DNA of 64,000 bases from a virus: positions 32,001 to 96,000 of IMG/VR virus record IMGVR_UViG_3300038393_000351. One strand, 5' to 3'. Positions within the stretch are counted from its first letter, which is position 1. Each line of letters starts with the position of its first letter. The translations under genes were made by a program, and so were the position numbers. The notes beneath the pieces were generated by a model. That model was given only the letters and a program-made list of their open reading frames with translations, made no database searches and was not told where the DNA came from. This document shows positions 9,350 to 18,840 of this stretch, in pieces.

Positions 9350-9933
9350 TATGATCTCCTTGATTCTAAGATTCTCTTCACCACCGAGAGGGTGTTGTCT
9401 TTTGGTTGTGGTTCTACAATGACAGTCTCACCTAATAGATCGGCGTCCAGCTTTCTAGCACGTCCGCCGGCGATGAATGAGTTCACGCGATTGAAGCCGT
9501 CTGACTCATCACCGAGTTCAGCGCCGCGTGAATAGACTTCAAAGATCGTGTCTAGTGGAATCTCGTATTCGTTTGATTTCTTGATCAGGGCGCGCATTCC
9601 ATCTTCTGAGATGTCCTCACGAAGGGACTTCAGGGATTTTGATCGATTGCGGGTCAGGATGGTCTTAAAGCGATTCCAGATCACCGTATCATTGAAGAAA
9701 ACATCTAGGAGAGTGTTCAGGATCTCGGCTGTGTATTTTCTTGTGATCTGATTATTAACGCCGTCTACTGGATTAGCCAGGACTCGCTTATAGAGATTGA
9801 GCTTTCCCTGCTCCTTGGCTAGTCCTAATCTCAGGAGATAATCGATCTTCTGAGACGAGCGCGACTCTTCGATAGGGAGCTGCTGGCTATCAATATAGTT
9901 TATGGCTGATTCAATCGCGTTGTCGCGTTTCAT
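9349..9933 (-). CDS. Conserved late T4-like protein
   Basis: LIKKSNEYEIPLDTIFEVYSRG...FNRVNSFIAGG...DADL domain seen in T4-like phages. Confidence 0.6.
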   Translation of the reverse strand: MKRDNAIESAINYIDSQQLPIEESRSSQKIDYLLRLGLAKEQGKLNLYKRVLANPVDGVNNQITRKYTAEILNTLLDVFFNDTVIWNRFKTILTRNRSKSLKSLREDISEDGMRALIKKSNEYEIPLDTIFEVYSRGAELGDESDGFNRVNSFIAGGRARKLDADLLGETVIVEPQPKDNTLSVVKRILESRRS

Positions 9934-10005
9934 TCTGAGTTTCCCGTGGGCTTGATCAGTGATAGCCAGCAGTGTTCGCCGTAGCCGGAACTGCCGTATT
10001 CCTCT

Positions 10006-10011
10006 TATTTA
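10006..10011 (-). promoter_or_regulatory. Late promoter TAAATA
   Basis: CCTAAATAAG just downstream of a terminator, heading the 9933-7799 block. Confidence 0.7.
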
Positions 10012-10015
10012 GGGC

Positions 10016-10045
10016 AAAAGAAAACCCACGGAAGACCGTGGGTTT
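10016..10045 (-). terminator. Rho-independent terminator
   Basis: AAACCCACGG-TCTT-CCGTGGGTTT followed by TCTTTT on the minus strand. Confidence 0.8.
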
Positions 10046-10091
10046 GTCAACTTCGTGCCACTTAAATGGCATATTATGATTCACGAAGATA

Positions 10092-10715
10092 TCAAATAGG
10101 AACAAAGATCTGGTCTGAAACCGACTTCACGTCCTCTCGATAACCGAGTTCTTTGAGCAGTTCTTTGACTTCAGTTCCAGGCATCTCGGCTACGATCACG
10201 GGACGACACTTCTCGATAGTCTTTACCGCTCCACGTAGAGCAAACCGTTCGTATCCCTCGATATCTAGGGCGATCAGCCCGCAGGAGGGAAGTTCTAAGT
10301 CGTCGATCAACATCGTAGGAATGGAACTTCCGGCTCCAACTTTATGCATTCCCGTATTCACCATCGAGTGACGGGTTACGTCTAAGAGGCCGTGTTTGTC
10401 TCCTAGACCTGCGTTGAGCTTGACGATGTTGTCGTTCTGACAATTCTTGACTAGACAATGGAAGTTCAGGGGATCGGGTTCAAACGTGAAGACTCTCTTG
10501 AATTTACACGAGAGAAGACGAGGATACATACCTTGGTTTCCTCCCGCTTGAACACAATAGTCCCATGTCTTCACGTGTGTGAACCACTTCTTAGAGTGGT
10601 GCTGTTCCCAGTCGGTCTTAGGACCTGACCAAGCACCGTTGTCGGTCTTGATCCAATGCCATCCAACTAATCCATCAACGGATTCGTGGCGGAAGTAAAT
10701 AAGATCTTCATACAT
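10092..10715 (-). CDS. FkbM-family SAM methyltransferase
   Basis: VQAGGNQG, FTFEPDPLNF, LDIEGYERFALRGA..TI..CRPVIVAE. Confidence 0.85.
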   Translation of the reverse strand: MYEDLIYFRHESVDGLVGWHWIKTDNGAWSGPKTDWEQHHSKKWFTHVKTWDYCVQAGGNQGMYPRLLSCKFKRVFTFEPDPLNFHCLVKNCQNDNIVKLNAGLGDKHGLLDVTRHSMVNTGMHKVGAGSSIPTMLIDDLELPSCGLIALDIEGYERFALRGAVKTIEKCRPVIVAEMPGTEVKELLKELGYREDVKSVSDQIFVPI

Positions 10716-12101
10716 CTATGAGATATCCGAGAATCTTGACATATCACCGAATCCCTTCGCTTTGGAGAAGTTCGCTGGTCTAGGTGCTGGGTCAGAAGCG
10801 ATGTCCTTCTGAGCTTGAGGATCGAGATCGAACAACCTCATCTTTGGTTTATCGATTCCAATTAAGAATCTCTTGTCGATGTTCTCATCGCGATATCGAT
10901 TCTTAAGCTGCTTGATCAGAAGCTGGTTCTGAGACGCGAGCTGCTCGTTCGTAGTCATAGCCAACATAAGATCCGCAGTGGCCGGCAGACCAAAGGATTC
11001 AGAAGTGTGCTCGAGTCCTGGATCTGAGTTAGTGAAGCCCTCTCTGTTCATCTGAGTAGCCGTGACGATCGGAACGTTGAACTCCACTGCCAGTCCGCGA
11101 ATCTCCTCCGCTATAGCCTTAACATATGTATAGGAGTTTACAGAACCTCCCATCTTTATCCGAGAGGATATACAGATGTTCAGATAGTCGATGTAGATGA
11201 TATCCGGTTTGAAGTTCTTCTTGATCCGAAGTTCATTGAGCAGGTGCCTGAAGTTAGCAGCTCCAGCAGAGGACGTCGGATACTCCTTGATGATGAGCTT
11301 TCCCTTAGTCTTCGCTTTAAGCTTCTCGATCCTCGCTTCGTATGTGTTCCTGGGAAGAGTCTCGAGTTCATCGATCGTAACGTCGAGAAGGTTAGCGTCG
11401 ATTCGCTGAGCAACCATCTCCTCTGAGAGTTCGTTCGTGATGTACAGAACATTGAGACCAGCCGCTAGGTTAGCCGACGCCATATGACACATGACGAGAG
11501 ACTTACCGACACCGGTTCCTCCAAGAAGAACTGTCAGTGTCTTTCTATAGATGCCTCCCCTCGTGATCGTATTGAAAAACTCGATGTCGAATGGAATCCT
11601 CGCTTCTACTCGGTGATAGAAGTCAAACCGCTGTCCCCAATCTTCGATGAAGTCGTGTCCGATGCTCGTGTCGAATGAGACGGCCAGAGCATCCGACATG
11701 ATCTTGACGATGTGACCCTTATCGTGAACTTTATCCTGACCGTCTAAGATCTTGATAGAAGCTCGGATTCCATTTTGAATTGCCTGATCTTGACAGAACT
11801 CCTCAGTTCGATCAACGAGCCAATCAACGTCGGTCTGATCCTGTGGCGGTGTAAGCTCCGTGACGAGCGTCTCCGAGCACTTGTAGAGATCTTCATTAGC
11901 TCCGGCGTTGGACTCGACTTCGATGTTCAGTGCATCTAGAGTCGGAACGCTGTGATACTTATCGGTGTAGTCCTTGATTAGTTCAAAGACCAACCGCTCG
12001 GATTGGTCTATGAAGTATTCAGGCCTGATGAATGGTATTACTTTACGCCAGTATTCAGTTGAGTGGAGTAGGTTCTGCAGGATCAAACGTTCTATATTCA
12101 T
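10716..12101 (-). CDS. 41: Replicative DNA helicase (gp41)
   Basis: GGTGVGKS Walker A; IDYLNIC; SESFGLPATAD; KQLKNRY. Confidence 0.97.
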   Translation of the reverse strand: MNIERLILQNLLHSTEYWRKVIPFIRPEYFIDQSERLVFELIKDYTDKYHSVPTLDALNIEVESNAGANEDLYKCSETLVTELTPPQDQTDVDWLVDRTEEFCQDQAIQNGIRASIKILDGQDKVHDKGHIVKIMSDALAVSFDTSIGHDFIEDWGQRFDFYHRVEARIPFDIEFFNTITRGGIYRKTLTVLLGGTGVGKSLVMCHMASANLAAGLNVLYITNELSEEMVAQRIDANLLDVTIDELETLPRNTYEARIEKLKAKTKGKLIIKEYPTSSAGAANFRHLLNELRIKKNFKPDIIYIDYLNICISSRIKMGGSVNSYTYVKAIAEEIRGLAVEFNVPIVTATQMNREGFTNSDPGLEHTSESFGLPATADLMLAMTTNEQLASQNQLLIKQLKNRYRDENIDKRFLIGIDKPKMRLFDLDPQAQKDIASDPAPRPANFSKAKGFGDMSRFSDIS

Positions 12102-12161
12102 TATTCCTCTTTAGTCAGTAAAAATCAATTATAACATCCTGCAGCAACCTATTAAATCAGT

Positions 12162-13289
12162 TTAAGCCTCCTCTAGAACTTCACCAGTCTCACTGTCGAT
12201 AACGTCGCCCTCATCGAACATGGGCCTATCACTCTCCAGAAGGTACTTCTTCTCGATGAAGTCGACAAACGCTTTGTCCTGAAGTAGAGACTGATAGAAG
12301 TTCTTCGATGTGATCAGTGCGTCTTTCTTGATCGGTTCATCGAGTGCGTCGCCGATCGTAACGTATCCCTGCATCTTACCCTGGATCTTACTCGGTTTGA
12401 TGATGCCGAACTCCTCTGCGAGCTCCCAGAGACCCGACCACTGATCGATGCCAGAACCAAATGAGACAGTGATCGGAATCTTTGATCCCTCACGCACGTA
12501 GCGCGACTTCTCGACTTTGATGACGAAGTGATAACCCAGAAGTCCTTCCTTATCAGTCTTATCCTGCTGACGACCGATGATCCAGATGTTCTCCGAGTTG
12601 TAGATGCCTCCAGTACCGCCCGAGACTACATCCTTAGAGTACATCTCCTGAGTCTTATATGTGTGATTGATCGCTACCAGGGGAATGTTCTTGATAGTCA
12701 GGTGAGGTGTAACCATACGCCATAGAGACTTAAGCGACTTAGCGCGCGTCATGTCAGCGACTTGCTTGCCCTCGAGTGTGTCGTTGATCTCCTTGACTGA
12801 CGCAAGGTTACCAACTGAGTCGATGAAGATCAAGATGTTGTCCTCTCTCGACAGTTCCTTGAGCTGGACCATGATGTCGTGTTTGAGCATCTCGATGTCA
12901 GTCACGGGCGAGTGAACGACGTTATCGGTCGGGATTCCATATGAATGGAAGTAGGATTCCGGTGAACCAAACTCCGAGTCATAGAACAAAACAGTACCGT
13001 CAGGATACTTCTTCAGAAACGATGAGATGATGAGCAGGCCATAGCCCGTCTTAAAGTGCTTGGAAGGACCGGCTAGCATCAGGACACCTGGACCCATACC
13101 ACCATCGACTTTTCCAGACAAAGCTACGTTGACCATCGGAACTGGAGTTGAGACAACGTCCTTCTCCTTAAAGAGCTTTGATTCTGAGACGAGAGCTGTC
13201 TCCTTGATCGTTGAGTTCTTGAGGATGCGCTCCTTGAGTGATAGCTTCTTCTCCGGTGTGACTTGTGCTGCTTTTTCTTTCTTAGCCAT
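12162..13289 (-). CDS. uvsX: UvsX RecA-like recombinase
   Basis: AGPSKHFKT; FYDSEFG; DMTRAK; VVSGGTG. Confidence 0.97.
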   Translation of the reverse strand: MAKKEKAAQVTPEKKLSLKERILKNSTIKETALVSESKLFKEKDVVSTPVPMVNVALSGKVDGGMGPGVLMLAGPSKHFKTGYGLLIISSFLKKYPDGTVLFYDSEFGSPESYFHSYGIPTDNVVHSPVTDIEMLKHDIMVQLKELSREDNILIFIDSVGNLASVKEINDTLEGKQVADMTRAKSLKSLWRMVTPHLTIKNIPLVAINHTYKTQEMYSKDVVSGGTGGIYNSENIWIIGRQQDKTDKEGLLGYHFVIKVEKSRYVREGSKIPITVSFGSGIDQWSGLWELAEEFGIIKPSKIQGKMQGYVTIGDALDEPIKKDALITSKNFYQSLLQDKAFVDFIEKKYLLESDRPMFDEGDVIDSETGEVLEEA

Positions 13290-13512
13290 TCGTATTCTCT
13301 TCCTTATATGTTTCGTATAGATGTGCGTAGTATGCGTTCATTGCTATGAGAGAGACTTGCAGGTCCATCAGCTTTTGTGAAAAGTGACTGAAGTATACGC
13401 ACGATGGTGATGTATAAATGTCTTGATCAAACATCTGATTGACCATACTCAACCACGTACCGATTGTATTCAACGTGTATGCAAATTTCTCCGGATTAAA
13501 TTCATCTTCCAT
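13282..13512 (-). CDS. Hypothetical protein
   Basis: AGGAG upstream; overlaps the uvsX start. Confidence 0.5.
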   Translation of the reverse strand: MEDEFNPEKFAYTLNTIGTWLSMVNQMFDQDIYTSPSCVYFSHFSQKLMDLQVSLIAMNAYYAHLYETYKEENTNG

Positions 13513-13528
13513 AATATAAATTCTCCTT

Positions 13529-14341
13529 CTACATTTCTCTGATATCGTCGTGGGATACTTCCACGATTCCATCTTCCCTGACGTTCATGAGCTGCTTCTC
13601 TCGAATGAATCCATCGTTAGCCGCGATAAGCAGACAGATGGCCAAGGGATCGAATACCATGACGATGACCATGATCACCCAGCGAACGGCTTTATCAACT
13701 GATTCCGCACCTGAGCTTCCATAGACCGCCTCGGCGATGTATTTAAGAGGACCGACTTCAGCCTCGAGCTTAGCCTCATTAGCATCTACCCGCGCTTTCT
13801 TACTCAAGAGTGTGGTCAGATCAGTGGCGATCAAGTCGCGCTCAGCAGTGGCTTTCTGCTGCTGAATCCTCACTTCAGCCAGCTCTTTACTTTTAAGCTT
13901 ACCGTTTTTATCCAAGCTCTGTGATGAGAGTTTTTCAGATTGACTATCATAGTTCTGGATGTTCTTCGTCGCGGTTTCCAGTGCACGCTTCTTCTCATTG
14001 ATCTTAAAGTTCAGGATCTCACTCTCAACACCGACTGTGCTTGAGATGTGCACTCCCTGCTCGATGTGTGCTTTGCTCAGATAACCAAACACACCCAGTG
14101 AGTTGATGAGGATCAGAACGATGATAGCACCGGAGAGATACGACTTAATCGCTAATGAAGTTGATTTCCAGTTTCTATAAAGCCACGAGACACCAATGAT
14201 TTTACAGAGTTCGAGTGCACCTGCCATAACAGCTACAGATGCAGCTGAAGCAGCGAAGATAGCCGTCATACCTATGATGCTGAAGTACGCGGATACGCAC
14301 GAGAGGATGAGTGCGATTATTAACGTAAGGCGGTGAATCAT
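13529..14341 (-). CDS. Membrane-anchored coiled-coil protein conserved in T4-like phages
   Basis: Three N-terminal TM helices, GVFGYLSKAH, coiled coil, EVGPLKYIA...VFDPLAI. Confidence 0.75.
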   Translation of the reverse strand: MIHRLTLIIALILSCVSAYFSIIGMTAIFAASAASVAVMAGALELCKIIGVSWLYRNWKSTSLAIKSYLSGAIIVLILINSLGVFGYLSKAHIEQGVHISSTVGVESEILNFKINEKKRALETATKNIQNYDSQSEKLSSQSLDKNGKLKSKELAEVRIQQQKATAERDLIATDLTTLLSKKARVDANEAKLEAEVGPLKYIAEAVYGSSGAESVDKAVRWVIMVIVMVFDPLAICLLIAANDGFIREKQLMNVREDGIVEVSHDDIREM

Positions 14342-14622
14342 TGTGTTTCCTTTATCGCTTGTATTTTCTTGATGAATGCGTCTATCTTCTTGACGCGATC
14401 CGGCCACAGTATGTATGCTTTTTCTGGGTCGGCTTTAAGATTTATAAGCAGAGGCATGATCATCTTGTAGAGACGATCGAAGCGCTCCTCCGCTTCTGCG
14501 TGGAGTTCAGCTGTCTGTGTGACCGTCTGCTGAAGTGTGTGTTCGTAGGCTTTTAGCTCAGATTCGCTGACTGTGCTAAAACCGAAATCAAAGTCCGTCT
14601 CGAAGACTTCGTCTTTAGGCAT
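14338..14622 (-). CDS. Conserved hypothetical protein
   Basis: FDFGFS...LYKMIMPLLINLKADPEKAYILWPDRVKKI. Confidence 0.7.
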   Translation of the reverse strand: MPKDEVFETDFDFGFSTVSESELKAYEHTLQQTVTQTAELHAEAEERFDRLYKMIMPLLINLKADPEKAYILWPDRVKKIDAFIKKIQAIKETQ

Positions 14623-14975
14623 TCTGTAAAGCTCCCGGGTAGTTCAACGTTTTCAGGTGCTGACTCAAACATCGGCGCTATGTCCTGAGGTTTGTAGCCG
14701 GCTAAACCAGTTCCTATCGGCGTTAGTTCAAAGAGCTCCGTGGGATTCTCATTTGCATAACGTAAGAATTCGTCGACGTAGACCTTGATCCTATCGAGAG
14801 GAAGTGTTCTGATGAATTCATCTTTTGTAGGAATAGCGTAGGAGTTTCCCTGACGTCCCACGCCTTGTCCGTACACAGCTCCACAATGCTGTCTAGCGTA
14901 TTTAGCAGCACCCGCTCCGTGCCTGCCCGCTAAATTACTTCCAAATACGAAAATCTTCAGGCGTAAATCTCTCAT
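14553..14975 (-). CDS. A1S_2505-like phage non-structural protein
   Basis: IFVFGSNLAGRHGAGAA...GRQGNSYAIPTK...TPIGTGLAG. Confidence 0.7.
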   Translation of the reverse strand: MRDLRLKIFVFGSNLAGRHGAGAAKYARQHCGAVYGQGVGRQGNSYAIPTKDEFIRTLPLDRIKVYVDEFLRYANENPTELFELTPIGTGLAGYKPQDIAPMFESAPENVELPGSFTECLKTKSSRRTLISVLAQSANLS

Positions 14976-15123
14976 CGATTAAATCATTTATACGCGCTAA
15001 GATGTACTCTTGCTGACCGCCAACGGCACTTTTATTATGATCATAATACAAACGACGTACTTCTTGCATCGTCTCCCATACTTCATCAATAGTGATTGGA
15101 TATTCTACTAAGTTTCTACTCAT
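14935..15123 (-). CDS. Hypothetical protein
   Basis: ATGA-coupled to the RlpA stop. Confidence 0.55.
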   Translation of the reverse strand: MSRNLVEYPITIDEVWETMQEVRRLYYDHNKSAVGGQQEYILARINDLIDERFTPEDFRIWK

Positions 15124-15449
15124 CGCGTATAACAAACCCTTCCTACTCCAGTGTGAGTGAGACCAATCGCTCTGGCGGCACCCTTCGATAGATCCAGCGA
15201 CCGTCCTCTAATGAACGGACCTCGATCGTTGATCCGTACAGTAACAGATCTTCCTGTGCGTGGGTTAGTAACGTGCAGGCGCGTTCCAAACGGGAGTGTT
15301 CGGTGTGCTGCTGTGAATCCGTTTGGATTGTATCTCTCGCCATTAGCTGTTCTCTTTCCCTCACTGTAATATGAAGCCACGACACATCGAGATTCAGAAA
15401 AAGCCGGTGTAGAGAAGAGTGTGGCTAGTACGAGTAAAAATGCTAACAT
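15120..15449 (-). CDS. rlpA: RlpA-family lytic transglycosylase (double-psi beta barrel) with signal peptide
   Basis: ASYY...TANGE...TAAHRTLPFGT...VRINDRGPF...LDLSKGAA. Confidence 0.9.
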   Translation of the reverse strand: MLAFLLVLATLFSTPAFSESRCVVASYYSEGKRTANGERYNPNGFTAAHRTLPFGTRLHVTNPRTGRSVTVRINDRGPFIRGRSLDLSKGAARAIGLTHTGVGRVCYTR

Positions 15450-15463
15450 TGTTTTATCCTATT

Positions 15464-18070
15464 CTAGAGAAGATCAAGGAGAGTTCCACTACCCGCCTCA
15501 GTCTTCCAACCGACGATGTCGGTGATCTTACTGATCGGATCTTGGAACGTCTTAATGAATTGTGTCTCATAGTCAATGTAATCATCCAATCCAAACTCAG
15601 GCGGAAGTACGTCGTTCACCGCGATCACACTCTGATGAATGTGATTTGGTGTCTTTAAGTACGCAAACTTAATCTTACTTCCCTCCTTAATCAGTTCGTA
15701 CTTATTCTCTAATCCCATCTCCTTGATCAGGTGATTGTAGATCAGGGAACCCTTCACTTGAATCGGTGTGCCCGTTCTATATATGGATGCAGCGTCTTCA
15801 AACTTAGCCATATTGTTACAGCCGCGAGGAAAAGCAATATCCGTAAAGGGAAGTGTATGGAACTCTTCACGGAACTTTTCAACGAAGTCCTGCAGTTCCC
15901 CTTCATCTTTATTCATGATGATTGAGTAGATGTTCTTAATCTTGTCTCGAACTACCATCGGTGTCGATGAGCGAACTGCCTGAACACCCTTCATCTTGAG
16001 CTTCGGTTCCTTGTATCGAACACCCTCAGAATCCCAGACATTCAAGATGTACATCTTCTTAGCTGAGAAGACCGCTTTATCGGCGATGATCTCACGTTTC
16101 ATCTTCATCTTCTGGAAAGGAGCGTTGACTATCTTTTGAAGTTCCTCAAACGACTTCTCGATGTAGGGTTCAAACTTACTCTTGCATGAGACGTCAAGGA
16201 AATCAATTACTTTCTCATGCGGCGCGTTCTCAAGACCAACCGCTTTCACTAGAGGTTCGAAGTTGATGTAGATGGAGTCAGTGTCAGCCGCGATGACGTA
16301 GTCGAGGTCGGTAGTCTTGAGCAGCTTATTCATCAGCTCATTGATCTTTCTCTCGATCCACATCGTGGTGATCTGACCAGAAGACGTGACAGACTCAGCC
16401 AGATCAGGATCAAACCAACGGAAGAATTGGTTAGCCAGTGCACCGTAACCAGAGTTCAGGAAGAGCTTCATGGCCATCTGCATATTGTAGCACCTAGCGA
16501 TCTCCTTCTCATCCTCCGGCGATTTGGTCTCTTCGAACCTCCGCTGAGCCTCAAGCATCATCTTCTTATAGACAACGCGTCCATCGTAGAACTTCTTCAT
16601 GATGGTCGGAATAAATCCAACACCGTCCTTCTTAAAGAAGACACCTATTCCAGATGTAGTCACATCCTTCCGTGCAAGCTCATTGTTGTATTCACTACAC
16701 TTGAGCAGGAACATATCGAGATCCATAACCGGAATCCCATTGACGATCTTGGTGCAGTCCCATCCGGATATGACTTTCTCCACCATCTCGGGAGAGATGT
16801 TGTACTGCATGATGATGTGTGGGTACAGTGAGTTCAAGTCAAACGACACGACCCACTTATACATCCCGGGAACCGTGTCCTTAACGTATCCACCCATGAT
16901 CTGACGGTTGATCACGCTTCCCTGCTGGGGAACGACGATCTTTTGTTCTAGAAGGAAGTTGTGGATCAGAACGTCCCAGGGGCGCGTGGTCGTCATCGTA
17001 TCTTGATACGTGATCTTAGCTGAGTACGCCATGGCTAAGACGAGATCGATGAGCTTCAGTTTATCATCGAGCTTATCGATCTTGATCGTATCATCGAGGT
17101 TGTAGTCCATATAGCCTTCATAGTTCTTCTCATAGAAGTTATGAAGTGAACCGTACTCCGAATAGTCCAGCTTTCTCTCACCGAGCTCGACGAAGGCGAT
17201 GTGATCGAGCTTATACGACTCGTGATTTTTGAATGAGAACTTCTTGTACAACTCCATGTAGTCTAGAACTGTGATTCCATAGAGCTCATACACGTGATCG
17301 ATTCGGTTAGCTATATTCGTACCGCCTCGAGCCTGAGACTTACCGCGAACGATGTCTCGATCCTGAACGATTCGCCATGGACTCCACATCTTAATGTAGG
17401 AATCTCCCAGAACGTTCTTGGTGCGGTTCAAGAGATAAGGAATATCAAATCCCTCTACGAACCAACCAGTCAAGATGTCCGGAGTCCACTCGGGATCATT
17501 CCAGCATTCGAGAAGCTTTATGATCAGCTCTCGCTCATTTTCACATAGACAGAACGCAACGCCGGGAAGCTTAGGACGATAGGCTTTAGTGCCAAACATC
17601 AGACGCTTAGTCTGACCATTCTGACGATGCGATAGAGTTACAGCCGTGATCTCCTTGTCGGCGATCTTCGGATCGGGAAATCCAGAATCCGACATCGTCT
17701 CGATGTCGACAGACACGCGCGCTATCTGAGTCGGATCGTACTTGATCTCTCCATAGAACTCATCGTTCAGATACGTATAGAGGAAGTTCGTCAGACCAAA
17801 GAAGGGTTCAGGATCGGGTGCGTTCGAGATCTTAAGCGCTAGACTCTGCTCATACTCTTTGACAAAGTTCTTTGCGTCTTTGATTGAGTCGAAGTGAATC
17901 TTTGATACCGATTCACCATCGAGTGTTCTGAACTCACCTACCGGATCTCTGGCGAAGAGATATGGTTGGTACTCAACGGTTTCTTTAAACGGTTTACCAT
18001 TTGAATATCCACGAACGTAGATGGTGTCACCGCGACAGTGCGCGGACGTATAGAAGTGATTGGTCATCAA
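15464..18070 (-). CDS. 43: B-family DNA polymerase (gp43)
   Basis: DIET exonuclease I; SFDLNSLYP; KLFLNSGYG; ADTDS. Confidence 0.98.
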   Translation of the reverse strand: MMTNHFYTSAHCRGDTIYVRGYSNGKPFKETVEYQPYLFARDPVGEFRTLDGESVSKIHFDSIKDAKNFVKEYEQSLALKISNAPDPEPFFGLTNFLYTYLNDEFYGEIKYDPTQIARVSVDIETMSDSGFPDPKIADKEITAVTLSHRQNGQTKRLMFGTKAYRPKLPGVAFCLCENERELIIKLLECWNDPEWTPDILTGWFVEGFDIPYLLNRTKNVLGDSYIKMWSPWRIVQDRDIVRGKSQARGGTNIANRIDHVYELYGITVLDYMELYKKFSFKNHESYKLDHIAFVELGERKLDYSEYGSLHNFYEKNYEGYMDYNLDDTIKIDKLDDKLKLIDLVLAMAYSAKITYQDTMTTTRPWDVLIHNFLLEQKIVVPQQGSVINRQIMGGYVKDTVPGMYKWVVSFDLNSLYPHIIMQYNISPEMVEKVISGWDCTKIVNGIPVMDLDMFLLKCSEYNNELARKDVTTSGIGVFFKKDGVGFIPTIMKKFYDGRVVYKKMMLEAQRRFEETKSPEDEKEIARCYNMQMAMKLFLNSGYGALANQFFRWFDPDLAESVTSSGQITTMWIERKINELMNKLLKTTDLDYVIAADTDSIYINFEPLVKAVGLENAPHEKVIDFLDVSCKSKFEPYIEKSFEELQKIVNAPFQKMKMKREIIADKAVFSAKKMYILNVWDSEGVRYKEPKLKMKGVQAVRSSTPMVVRDKIKNIYSIIMNKDEGELQDFVEKFREEFHTLPFTDIAFPRGCNNMAKFEDAASIYRTGTPIQVKGSLIYNHLIKEMGLENKYELIKEGSKIKFAYLKTPNHIHQSVIAVNDVLPPEFGLDDYIDYETQFIKTFQDPISKITDIVGWKTEAGSGTLLDLL

Positions 18071-18095
18071 ATCCTAATGATTTTTATGTGAAATC

Positions 18096-18118
18096 GAGAC
18101 CGGAAAAGCCGTAGTCTC
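18096..18118 (-). promoter_or_regulatory. Hairpin in the gene 43 leader (candidate translational operator)
   Basis: GAGAC-TA-CGG-CTTTT-CCG-GTCTC between a TGTGGTACTAT extended -10 and the SD. Confidence 0.45.
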
Positions 18119-18142
18119 TAGAAAGATAGTACCACAGATAAG

Positions 18143-18170
18143 AAAAAAGGAGAACCTTTCGATTCCCCTT
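18143..18170 (-). terminator. Rho-independent terminator
   Basis: AAGGGGAATC-GAAA-GGTTCTCC followed by TTTTTT. Confidence 0.75.
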
Positions 18171-18289
18171 TATCTGCTTAAAATGTTTGCCCAATTAAGC
18201 ATGTACCCGTTTTTTACATCGACGTACCTCTTTGTTGGCGAAACAGTATAGTTTCCATTTTTTTGCCGTGCTTTCCACGGCCCGCACTG
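18143..18289 (-). ncRNA. Candidate late-expressed structured small RNA (~145 nt)
   Basis: TATAAATA at 18297-18290, four hairpins, then a U6 terminator; only a 14-codon ORF without SD. Confidence 0.5.
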
Positions 18290-18329
18290 TATTTATATCC
18301 GGATCAGATGCCGATGTAAATAGCTAAAT

Positions 18330-18563
18330 TCAATTTAAATAACGACCAAACGTTTCCTCAGCTACGCATCCGATGACCATGTCCTCTTCTCGATCATCGG
18401 CAATGATGAATACTGGAGTACATCCGGCTTCCCTCCATTCATCGGCGATCTTCAGGAGTCTCGCGAATGAGTTCCTCCCGCTCAATCCAGAAGTCGCGGC
18501 CATGCTCCTGATGCGTTCCTCTGGAATAACGTCAAAATCATCTAGCGTGCGGGGCATTCTCAA
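18330..18563 (-). CDS. Hypothetical protein
   Basis: ORF overlapping the o-spanin end; AAGGAGG SD. Confidence 0.6.
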   Translation of the reverse strand: MRMPRTLDDFDVIPEERIRSMAATSGLSGRNSFARLLKIADEWREAGCTPVFIIADDREEDMVIGCVAEETFGRYLN

Positions 18564-18840
18564 CCTCCTTTACAGCGCGGTTCGAATAGCGCTTGATTGA
18601 GTTCAGGGAAGCACCGCACGTGGCTCTAGCTTTGTACAAGCGATTGAGATAATCAGCGGTCTGTGAATCCGTCAGAGTCTCAGTGTTCGGCTTCTCGGGA
18701 AGCGGGCATTTATAGAGATTGACGGGAGGAGCTACTACAACCGTTCGCGTTGGAGATTCTTGGTTTGTAGTCTGACAGTTGGCAAGCGGAAGTGCCAAGA
18801 ATACAAGTGCCGCTGCGGTTATAATACGCTTCATCATCAC
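18538..18840 (-). CDS. Outer-membrane lipoprotein spanin (Rz1-like)
   Basis: Signal with LALPLAN-C lipobox, Pro-rich segment, later cysteines; follows the i-spanin. Confidence 0.7.
   Translation of the reverse strand: MMMKRIITAAALVFLALPLANCQTTNQESPTRTVVVAPPVNLYKCPLPEKPNTETLTDSQTADYLNRLYKARATCGASLNSIKRYSNRAVKEVENAPHAR

Noticed and set aside
9940-9995. Twister/pistol ribozyme resemblance (AACACUGC...CAAGCCC)
   Set aside because: The required conserved elements and pairings could not be completed by eye. Kept only as an unknown structured leader.
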